DNA of 48,734 bases from positions 1 to 48,734 of the forward strand of contig JAPOXB010000075.1 in assembly GCA_026707335.1 (NCBI GenBank), written 5' to 3'. A program made the position numbers and the translations under genes. Positions 18,573 to 26,797 of the stretch are shown here, in pieces (the first letter of the stretch is position 1; the number at the start of each line of letters is the position of its first letter). Below the pieces are notes generated by a model. The model searched no databases. It was given only the letters and a program-made list of their open reading frames with translations, and was not told where the DNA came from. The stretch is from Chloroflexota bacterium (GTDB taxonomy: Bacteria > Chloroflexota > Dehalococcoidia > Bin125).

Positions 18573-18760
18573 GTGCGCCATCCCCTACCCTGGCACGCGG
18601 CGGAGGCCACGCGTCGGGGGCGGAGGTGATCCGTGCGCACGCGCCGCGCGATCCTCCTCGCGGGCCTGCTGGCGGCCGTCCTGGCGGCGGTCGACGGACG
18701 TCCCGCCCGGGCGGAGCCCCCCACCTGCGAGAACGGCGTCGTCGTCCCCGACCCCGAGGT
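18573..18760 (+). repeat. 188-bp perfect direct repeat, copy B
   Basis: Identical to 15969-16156. Confidence 0.9.
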
Positions 18761-21700
18761 CAACCGGGGTCTCGTCCTCGACTGCGCGAACCTGCTCGCC
18801 GCCAAGACGCAGATCGACCGCCGCCGCGGGATCAACTGGGGCGGTGAAACGCCGATCGGCGAGTGGGACGGCGTCACCGTCGGCGGCGAGCCGTTGCGCG
18901 TCATCGAGGTCGACCTGCGTTCGAGCTTCCTCCTGGGCCGCATCGCACCGCAGTTCGGGCGGCTCTCGGCGCTGCGCGGCCTCTACCTGCAGAACAACAA
19001 GCTGACCGGGCCCATCCCGCCGGAGCTGGGATCGCTGCCCGACCTGGAGTTCCTCTGGCTGTTCCGCAACGATCTCGACGGTCCCATCCCGCCGGAACTC
19101 GGCTCGCTGGGCAGCCTGCGCGAGCTGTGGATCAGCACCAACCAATTGACCGGCTCGATCCCCGACCATCTCGGGAACCTGCGCGCCCTGCGTCTCATGC
19201 GCCTGGAGAACAACGAACTGACCGGGTCGATCCCGCCGTCGCTGGGATCGCTGGCGAACGTCGAGACGCTGCGGCTCGACAAGAACCGGTTGACTTGGAA
19301 GATCCCTCCCGAGTTGGGCGCCCTGTCCAACCTGCGCAACCTGCGCCTGACCGATAACGACCTGGAGGGTCGGATCCCGCCTGCGCTCGGCGCGCTGCAG
19401 AACCTGGAGTCCCTGTCGATGGGGCACAACCGGCTGACCGGCGCCATCCCGCCGGAACTCGGCGATCTGTCGGCTCTGCGCAGTCTGTACTTGCGCCGGA
19501 ACCAACTGAGCGGCCCGATCCCCGAGGCGCTGGGGAACCTGCGCAACCTGCAAACCCTGTGGCTGAACCAGAACCAGTTGACCGGGCCGATCCCAGCCGT
19601 GCTGGGGAGTCTGTCCACTCTGCGGATTCTGGACCTGCAGCGGAACCAACTGAGCGGCCCGATCCCCGCGGAGCTTGGGGCGCTGCGCAACCTGAACGAG
19701 TTGTTGCTGAACAACAACCAACTCAGCGGGCCGTTCCCGCATGAACTCGCCGACCTGCCCTCGCTGGTGCAGTTGTACGTCTCCGCCAACCCCGGCCTGA
19801 CCGGCTGTGTCCCGCGGCGGCTGCTCTACCCCCGCCAAAACGACCTCTGGGCGAGCGGCCTGCCCGTCTGCACGCCGCCGCCGCCGCCCTGCGCGAACGC
19901 CGCGGCCGTGCCCGACCCCGCGTCGAACCGGGGTCTCTACCGCGACTGCAACATCCTCCTCTCGATCAAGGACACGCTCGACGCCCGCGCCCCCCTCGAC
20001 TGGGACGCCGGCACGCCGATCGCCGATTGGGAGGGCGTCACCGTCGGGGGGCCGACGCCGCACGTGATCGGGATCGACCTGTCGTCACGCCGCCTGACGG
20101 GGCAACTCCCGGTGGGCCTGCGCGGGCTGACGCAACTGCGGGAGTTGCGCCTCGACGACAACCGCCTCACCGGCCCCATCCCGCGCGAGTACAGCTTCCT
20201 CTCGCAGTTGCGGACCCTGTCGCTGGGCGGCAACCGGCTGACAGGCGAGATCCCGCCCAGGCTCGGAACCTTGCCGCGCCTAGAGGTTATCTCGCTCGGC
20301 GGCAATTGGCTGGTCGGTCCCATCCCGTCCGAGTTCGGATCCCTGGTCGAGTTGCGGGAGCTGCGGCTGGGCGGCAACCACCTGCGCGGCCCCATCCCCG
20401 CCGAGTTGGGCGCGCTGCCCAACCTGCGCCGTCTCGACGTGCGCGACAACCAACTGGCCGGGCCCATCCCCGGTGCGCTGCGTCTGCTCGACCGGGCCGA
20501 GGCGCTGCACCTGGGCGGCAACCCCGGCCTCACGGGCTGCGTCCCGGCCGCCCTGCGGGCCGTGCCCGACAACGACCTCGACGCCCTGGCGTTGCCCGAC
20601 TGCCCGCCGCCGACCCCGCCCGCGGAACCGTGTGCGAACGGCACGGTGGTCGCCGCGCCGGCCGAGCACGCCGGCCTCGTCGGCGACTGCGCGATCCTGC
20701 TCGCGGCGCTGCACGCGCTGCGCGGCGACGCCAGCCTGAACTGGAGCCCCGCGACGCCGATCACGGAGTGGGACGGCGTCACCCTCGAGGGGGCGCCGCC
20801 GCGCGTCGCGAAGCTGGACGTCTCGCAGCGCCCGCTCACAGGGCACATCCCGCCGGAGTTGGCCGGTCTGACCGAACTCCAAGAGCTGCACCTCGGCGGC
20901 AATCGGCTGACCGGCGCGATCCCGGCCGAGCTGGGCGCGCTGGCCCACCTGGAGATCCTGCGCCTGCACGGCAACCGCCTGACCGGTCCCATCCCGCCCG
21001 TGCTGGGCGCCTTCACGCAGTTGCGCGTGCTGTCGCTGGGGGAGAACCAGTTGGCCGGTCCCATCCCGGTCGAGTTGGGGGCGCTGGTCGCCCTGGAGTC
21101 GCTGACGCTGAGCGGCAACCAACTCACGGGTCCGATCCCATCCTCGCTGGGCGAGTTGCGCGCGCTGACGCTCCTCGCGTTGAGCGACAACCAGTTGAGC
21201 GGCCCGATCCCGGACTCGCTGGGCGGGCTGCCCGACCTGCGGCTGCTGACGCTGCGGGACAACCAGCTGACCGGCGCGATCCCGGCGTCGCTGGCCGAAC
21301 TGCGCAGCCTGACCGACCTCTATCTGACCGGCAACCAGCTCAGCGGCCCCATCCCGGCGGAGCTCGGTCTCCTCGATCGCTTGGAGCGCCTCTCCCTCGA
21401 CGACAACCAACTGACCGGCCCCATCCCCGCCGAGCTGGGAACGTCCCCGCGGCTGCGATCGCTGAGCTTGGCGGGGAACCCCGGCCTGACCGGCTGCATC
21501 CCGCGGGCGCTGCGCGGCATCCGGTCGACCGACCTCGACGACCTCCCCCTCGGCGACTGCCCGGCGCCGCCCCCGCCCCCGCCGCCGACGCCGCCCTGCG
21601 AGGCGGGCGTCGCCGTGGCCCACCCCGCCGACACCCCCGGCCTCGTCGCCGACTGCGCCGCTCTCCTCGCCGCCCGGGACGCGCTCGCTGGCGATGCCGC

Positions 21701-22388
21701 CCTCAACTGGGATCCCGCCGTCCCCATCACCGCCTGGGACGGCGTCACCGTCGGCGACACGCTCGCCCGCGTCTGGCGCCTCGACCTCCAGTCACGCGGG
21801 CTCACGGGCCGCGTCCCGCCGCAACTGGGCGATCTCGCGGCGCTGCGCTTCCTGTCGCTCCACGGCAATCGGCTGAGCGGCCCGATCCCGGTCGAACTGG
21901 CGGCGCTTCGCAGTTTGGAATATGCGGATCTGGGCGGAAACCAACTCGCGGGCCCGATCCCGGCGGCGCTGGGGTCGATGCCCCGGCTGGACGCGCTGCT
22001 GCTGCACGACAACCGGCTGAGCGGCCCGATCCCGGCCGAACTCGGGTCGGCGCGGGCCCTGCGGTTCCTCTGGCTGCACCACAACGGCCTGACGGGCCCG
22101 AGCCCGGTCGAGTTGGGGCTCCTGGGCAGCCTGGAATCCCTGCGGCTGGACGGCAACCGGCTGAGCGGCCCGATCCCGGCCGAGCTGGGCGCCCTGCGCG
22201 CCCTGTCGGAGTTGCGCCTGGCCGACAACCATCTGACCGGCGCCATCCCGGCGTCGCTGGGCGAGTTGCCCCACCTGACCGACCTCTACCTGGCGCACAA
22301 CCCGCTCGGCGGCTGCATCCCCGCGCCGCTGCGCGCGATCGCGGCGACCGACCTCGACCAGATCCCGCTCCCCGACTGCCCACCTTGA
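18633..22388 (+). CDS. Secreted multi-module plant-type LRR protein, 1251 aa, 4 modules (12/6/9/7 repeats)
   Basis: Same leader, SD and GTG start as 16029. It has four cap-to-cap modules joined by Pro-rich linkers (e.g. PDCPAPPPPPPPTPPCEAG). Confidence 0.9.
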   Translation: MRTRRAILLAGLLAAVLAAVDGRPARAEPPTCENGVVVPDPEVNRGLVLDCANLLAAKTQIDRRRGINWGGETPIGEWDGVTVGGEPLRVIEVDLRSSFLLGRIAPQFGRLSALRGLYLQNNKLTGPIPPELGSLPDLEFLWLFRNDLDGPIPPELGSLGSLRELWISTNQLTGSIPDHLGNLRALRLMRLENNELTGSIPPSLGSLANVETLRLDKNRLTWKIPPELGALSNLRNLRLTDNDLEGRIPPALGALQNLESLSMGHNRLTGAIPPELGDLSALRSLYLRRNQLSGPIPEALGNLRNLQTLWLNQNQLTGPIPAVLGSLSTLRILDLQRNQLSGPIPAELGALRNLNELLLNNNQLSGPFPHELADLPSLVQLYVSANPGLTGCVPRRLLYPRQNDLWASGLPVCTPPPPPCANAAAVPDPASNRGLYRDCNILLSIKDTLDARAPLDWDAGTPIADWEGVTVGGPTPHVIGIDLSSRRLTGQLPVGLRGLTQLRELRLDDNRLTGPIPREYSFLSQLRTLSLGGNRLTGEIPPRLGTLPRLEVISLGGNWLVGPIPSEFGSLVELRELRLGGNHLRGPIPAELGALPNLRRLDVRDNQLAGPIPGALRLLDRAEALHLGGNPGLTGCVPAALRAVPDNDLDALALPDCPPPTPPAEPCANGTVVAAPAEHAGLVGDCAILLAALHALRGDASLNWSPATPITEWDGVTLEGAPPRVAKLDVSQRPLTGHIPPELAGLTELQELHLGGNRLTGAIPAELGALAHLEILRLHGNRLTGPIPPVLGAFTQLRVLSLGENQLAGPIPVELGALVALESLTLSGNQLTGPIPSSLGELRALTLLALSDNQLSGPIPDSLGGLPDLRLLTLRDNQLTGAIPASLAELRSLTDLYLTGNQLSGPIPAELGLLDRLERLSLDDNQLTGPIPAELGTSPRLRSLSLAGNPGLTGCIPRALRGIRSTDLDDLPLGDCPAPPPPPPPTPPCEAGVAVAHPADTPGLVADCAALLAARDALAGDAALNWDPAVPITAWDGVTVGDTLARVWRLDLQSRGLTGRVPPQLGDLAALRFLSLHGNRLSGPIPVELAALRSLEYADLGGNQLAGPIPAALGSMPRLDALLLHDNRLSGPIPAELGSARALRFLWLHHNGLTGPSPVELGLLGSLESLRLDGNRLSGPIPAELGALRALSELRLADNHLTGAIPASLGELPHLTDLYLAHNPLGGCIPAPLRAIAATDLDQIPLPDCPP

Positions 22389-22458
22389 CCCGCGCCCACC
22401 GCCGCCGATGGCGTACCCTCCCCCAGGGCAGGGCGACTTGAACGGACCGAGGTGATCC

Positions 22459-23493
22459 GTGCGCACGTGCGCCTTCTCCTTCCTTCTCGCGGCGCTGCTG
22501 CTGGCCGGTCTCGCGGCGGTGGGCGGGCGCCCCGCCCAGGCCGCGCCCGCCACCTGCGAGAACGGCGTCGTCGTCCCCGACCCCGAGGCCAACCGCGGCC
22601 TCGTCATCGACTGCGCCAACCTGCTGGCCGCCAAGACCCAGTTCAGCGCTCGCCGGCCGCTCAACTGGGGCGGCGAGACGCCCATCGCCGAGTGGGACGG
22701 GGTGACCCTGGGCGGCGACCCGCCGCGCGTGTGGAAGGTGCACCTGCGGTCGCGCGGGCTCACGGGCCGCGTCGCGCCGCAGTTCGCCAACCTCCGCGAG
22801 TTGCGCGAACTGGCGCTGCACCACAACCGGCTGACGGGTCCCATCCCGGCCGGACTCGGGTCGCTGCGCCATTTGGAGCGCCTATGGCTCGACGGCAACC
22901 ATCTCAGCGGGTCGATCCCGCCCGCGCTCGGATCGCTGCGCAGCCTGCGCGAACTCTGGCTGCACGACAACCAACTGACCGGCCGCATCCCATCGGAGCT
23001 GGGAGAGCTGCCTTCCCTCGAACGTCTGTGGCTCTACGACAACCAACTGACGGGCCCGATCCCGCCGACGTTGGGATCGCTCTCCGGCCTTCGGTCCCTG
23101 CTGCTGCACGGCAACCAACTATCGGGCCGCATCCCGCCGGAGTTGGGGTCGCTGGACGGCCTGCGACTGCTGTGGCTGAAGGACAACCAACTCACGGGCC
23201 GGATCCCGGCGGCGCTCGGGTCGCTGGGCGAGGTGCTGGACCTGCTGCTCGAGCGCAACCAGCTGACGGGCGCGATTCCCGCCTCGTTCGCCGCCCTGCG
23301 CAGCGTGAAGCGGCTGCACCTCGACGACAACCAGCTCATGGGTCCGATGCCCGCCTGGCTGTCCTCCCTCCCCGATCTGACCTCTCTGCGCCTGAGCGGC
23401 AACCCCGGCCTGACCGGCTGCATCCCCCCGTCGCTGCGGGAGGTCCGCCGGCATGACTTGGCGGAGGCCGGCCTGCCCGACTGCCCGCCCTGA
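22459..23493 (+). CDS. Secreted single-module plant-type LRR protein, 344 aa (9 repeats plus caps; PGIP-like size and layout)
   Basis: GAGGTGATCC precedes the GTG start. The signal peptide ends AQA. It has one N-cap, 9 LRRs and one C-cap ending LPDCPP. Confidence 0.9.
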   Translation: MRTCAFSFLLAALLLAGLAAVGGRPAQAAPATCENGVVVPDPEANRGLVIDCANLLAAKTQFSARRPLNWGGETPIAEWDGVTLGGDPPRVWKVHLRSRGLTGRVAPQFANLRELRELALHHNRLTGPIPAGLGSLRHLERLWLDGNHLSGSIPPALGSLRSLRELWLHDNQLTGRIPSELGELPSLERLWLYDNQLTGPIPPTLGSLSGLRSLLLHGNQLSGRIPPELGSLDGLRLLWLKDNQLTGRIPAALGSLGEVLDLLLERNQLTGAIPASFAALRSVKRLHLDDNQLMGPMPAWLSSLPDLTSLRLSGNPGLTGCIPPSLREVRRHDLAEAGLPDCPP

Positions 23494-23551
23494 CGCGCCA
23501 TCGGCTACGATGTCCTTGGGCAGGGGCGACGTGTACGGACCGAGGTGATCC

Positions 23552-26500
23552 GTGCGCAAGTATGCCCTCCCCTCCTTAATCGCCGCATCCGCCGCGTTGC
23601 TGCTGGTCGTCCTCGCGCCCGGTTCCTCCCAGGCTGCGCCCCCGACGTGCGAGAACGGTGTCGTCGTTCCCGACCCCGAGGCCAACCGCGGCCTCGTCGC
23701 CGACTGCGCGAGTCTGCTCGCCGCGAAGACCCAACTCAAGGCCTCGACGCCGCTCAACTGGGGCGCCGACACGCCCATCGCCGAGTGGGACGGTGTTGGC
23801 CTTGGGGGCGAACCGACGCGCGTCTGGAAGCTGCACTTGCGGTCGCGCGGGCTCACGGGCCGCATCGCCGCGCAACTGACCAACGTTCGGGAGCTGCGCG
23901 AGCTCTCGCTGCCGGACAACCAACTCACGGGCCCGATTCCGCCCGCGCTGGGCTCCTTGCGCCACCTGGAAGGCCTGTGGCTCAATGGCAACCAACTCAG
24001 CGGGCCGATCCCGAGTCAATTGAGGCACTCACCGAAGTTGGAGTACCTCTACCTCGGGAGCAACGGTCGCTTCACGGGCTGCGTCCCGCGGGCGCTCCAC
24101 GACGTCCCCTACAACGACTTCGCGTCGCTTGACCTGCGAGGCTGCGCCAGGGCGCTCCCGCCCCCGTTCCCTTGCGGGAATGGCATCGCCGTCCCCAACC
24201 CAGCCGAGAACCTCGGCTTGGTCTCCGACTGCGTCGCCCTCCTCGCCGCGAAGGATCCGCTGAGGGGGGACGTCGCGCTCAACTGGAGCGCCGCGGTCCC
24301 AATCGCCGCCTGGGATTCCGTCACGATCGACGGCGCGCCGCCCCGCGTGTCGCGCTTGGTTCTGTCGCGCCGTGTCCTGACGGGCGTCATTCCGGCGGAG
24401 TTGGGGAACCTAGCCAATCTGGAAGTCCTGTCGCTGAGCCACAACCAACTGACCGGCCCGATCCCGGGAGCGCTGGGGGCCCTGACCCACCTGCGGGAGC
24501 TTTCCCTCGGCGGGAACCAACTCAGCGGCCCAATCCCGGCCGTGCTCGGTGCTCTGTCCCACCTGGAGGTGCTGTCGTTGGACAGTAACAGCCTGACCGG
24601 CCCGATCCCGGGCGCGCTGGGGGCCCTGACCCACCTGCGGGAGCTTTCCCTCGGCGGGAACCAACTCAGCGGCCCGATCCCGGGCGCACTGGGGGCCCTG
24701 GCCGCTCTTGAGTACCTCTGGTTGCAGGACAACCAACTAAGCGGCTCTATCCCGTCGGCGCTGGGATCACTGAGCAACCTGCGGCAACTCCGCCTGCAGT
24801 ACAACCATCTGACCGGCGCGATCCCCGCTGAACTGGGACTCCTAGGCCGCCTGTGGGAGTTGCGCTTGCACGACAATCAACTGAGCGGTGCGATCCCCCC
24901 GGATTTAGGCGCGCTGCCCAGCCTCGGTTTCCTCTTGCTGTACAACAATCGGCTCAGCGGCGTTATCCCCCCCGCGCTCGGGATGCTCGGCAGGCTGCGG
25001 AACCTGGAACTCTACGGCAACCAGTTGACCGGCCCGATCCCCGAGGCGCTCGGCGGTCTGACCAACCTGCGATCTCTGTGGTTGAGCCGCAATCAACTCA
25101 GCGGCCCGATCCCGGTGGCGCTGGCATCGCTGCGCGGACTGGAGTCCTTGGGGCTAAACGAGAACCAACTCACCGGCCCCATCCCGCCCCAGTTGGGATC
25201 CATGGACCACCTCGTGTATCTCTGGCTACGCGACAACCAACTTACCGGTCCGGTCCCGGCTGAACTGGGCCTGCTCGGCAGTTTGGAATCGCTCCGGTTG
25301 GGCGGCAACCCTGGCCTGACGGGCTGCATCCCACCGCGACTCAGGGATGTCACCGGGCATGACCTCGCTGACGTTCCCCTCCCCGACTGCCACGACTCTC
25401 CGCCTCCCTGCGAGAACGGCATCGCCGTTCCCAACCCCGCCGACCACCCCGGCCTGGTCCACGACTGCGAGGTCTTGCTCGCCGCGGAACTCACTCTCGC
25501 GGACGGCGCCTCCCTGAACTGGTACGCCGGCATACCCATCACCACCTGGGACGGCGTCACTGTCGCTGGCACACCGCCTCGCGTCCAGAGGCTGGAACTG
25601 CCGTCGCATGGACTCGGAGGCCGTATCCCGGCCGTGCTGGGGTCGCTGGCACGATTGCAGACGCTGAACCTTGAGAGCAACGGCCTGACGGGCGTGATCC
25701 CGGCGGAACTCGGCGACCTGCACGACCTGCGGGATCTGAGGCTTAACTCGAACCGACTGGCGGGGGCCATCCCCCCCACCCTGGCGTCCCGCTTCACCCT
25801 GGAGACGGTGTATCTGGCCGACAACCCCTGGCTGACGCCTTGTATCCCGCCGGGACTCCGCCATGTCCCACGCAACGACCTCCATGATCTCGGCCTGCCG
25901 GACTGCATCCCCGGTGTCACGCTCACCTGCCAGACGGGCTCAGCGGTGGCCAACCCCAACGGCAACCCCGGCCTCGTCGGCGACTGCACCATCCTCCTCG
26001 CTGCGAATGCCACCCTCGCGGGCGATGCCACACTCAACTGGGACGTCGGCGTGCCGATTGGGTCGTGGGACGGCATCACTGTCAGGGGTTCTCCGCCGCG
26101 CGTAGTGGAGATCGACCTTCAGTTGCGCGGGCTGACAGGCCTTATCCCACCAGCGCTGGGGGGTCTCTCCGAACTACGGAAACTGTTTCTGCCTAGCAAC
26201 CAGTTGCGTGGCGGGATCCCTGCGGAACTCGGGACGCTCCAGGAACTGCGAATCCTCGCACTGAGCTTCAACGAGCTGAGTGGCAGTATCCCTCGGCAGT
26301 TGGGATCGCTCCACAACCTGGAGGACTTCACGATCGTGGGCAACCAATTGGAGGGCGAGATCCCCGCCGAGTTGGGGTCGTTGCACAAACTGTGGCAACT
26401 TGCGCTATCGAATAATCAGTTGGTTGGCCCCATCCCCCCAGAACTGGGGGCCCTGAGCAGGCTGCGACATCTGGGGTTGGGCGGCAACCAGTTGACCGGC

Positions 26501-26794
26501 CCCATCCCAGCGGCGTTCGGCATGCTGCGCGACCTGGAGACCCTGCTGCTTGAGGGGAATCGACTGACCGGCCCGATCCCCGCGGAATTGGGGGCGCTGC
26601 CTCGGCTCCGGTCCTTGCAGCTGTTCAACAACCGACTGATTGGACCCATCCCCTTCGATCTGCAGGCGCTGCCGGCCCTGGAACTGCTGAACCTTAGCGG
26701 CAACGCTGGCCTCACCGGCTGCATCCCGCCTGCACTTCACGACGTCCGCTACAACGACCTCGCCGACCTCTCCCTCCCCGACTGCCCGCCGTGA
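23552..26794 (+). CDS. Secreted multi-module plant-type LRR protein, 1080 aa, 4 modules (3/13/3/8 repeats)
   Basis: GAGGTGATCC precedes the GTG start. The signal peptide ends SQA. The architecture matches the other paralogs. Confidence 0.9.
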   Translation: MRKYALPSLIAASAALLLVVLAPGSSQAAPPTCENGVVVPDPEANRGLVADCASLLAAKTQLKASTPLNWGADTPIAEWDGVGLGGEPTRVWKLHLRSRGLTGRIAAQLTNVRELRELSLPDNQLTGPIPPALGSLRHLEGLWLNGNQLSGPIPSQLRHSPKLEYLYLGSNGRFTGCVPRALHDVPYNDFASLDLRGCARALPPPFPCGNGIAVPNPAENLGLVSDCVALLAAKDPLRGDVALNWSAAVPIAAWDSVTIDGAPPRVSRLVLSRRVLTGVIPAELGNLANLEVLSLSHNQLTGPIPGALGALTHLRELSLGGNQLSGPIPAVLGALSHLEVLSLDSNSLTGPIPGALGALTHLRELSLGGNQLSGPIPGALGALAALEYLWLQDNQLSGSIPSALGSLSNLRQLRLQYNHLTGAIPAELGLLGRLWELRLHDNQLSGAIPPDLGALPSLGFLLLYNNRLSGVIPPALGMLGRLRNLELYGNQLTGPIPEALGGLTNLRSLWLSRNQLSGPIPVALASLRGLESLGLNENQLTGPIPPQLGSMDHLVYLWLRDNQLTGPVPAELGLLGSLESLRLGGNPGLTGCIPPRLRDVTGHDLADVPLPDCHDSPPPCENGIAVPNPADHPGLVHDCEVLLAAELTLADGASLNWYAGIPITTWDGVTVAGTPPRVQRLELPSHGLGGRIPAVLGSLARLQTLNLESNGLTGVIPAELGDLHDLRDLRLNSNRLAGAIPPTLASRFTLETVYLADNPWLTPCIPPGLRHVPRNDLHDLGLPDCIPGVTLTCQTGSAVANPNGNPGLVGDCTILLAANATLAGDATLNWDVGVPIGSWDGITVRGSPPRVVEIDLQLRGLTGLIPPALGGLSELRKLFLPSNQLRGGIPAELGTLQELRILALSFNELSGSIPRQLGSLHNLEDFTIVGNQLEGEIPAELGSLHKLWQLALSNNQLVGPIPPELGALSRLRHLGLGGNQLTGPIPAAFGMLRDLETLLLEGNRLTGPIPAELGALPRLRSLQLFNNRLIGPIPFDLQALPALELLNLSGNAGLTGCIPPALHDVRYNDLADLSLPDCPP
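24449..24683 (+). repeat. Internal tandem duplication with a 144-bp period (two LRR units) inside the LRR gene
   Basis: 24449-24539 and 24593-24683 differ at only 2 of 91 positions (24469 and 24532). Both encode LTGPIPGALGALTHLRELSLGGNQLSGPIP. Confidence 0.85.
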
Positions 26795-26797
26795 CGG

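Noticed and set aside
9415-26794. The regular 72-bp periodicity could be mistaken for a CRISPR array or non-coding satellite.
   Set aside because: The periodicity is in-frame protein coding (24-aa LRR units) within long ORFs that have signal peptides. There is no repeat-spacer structure with unique spacers, and no cas genes.
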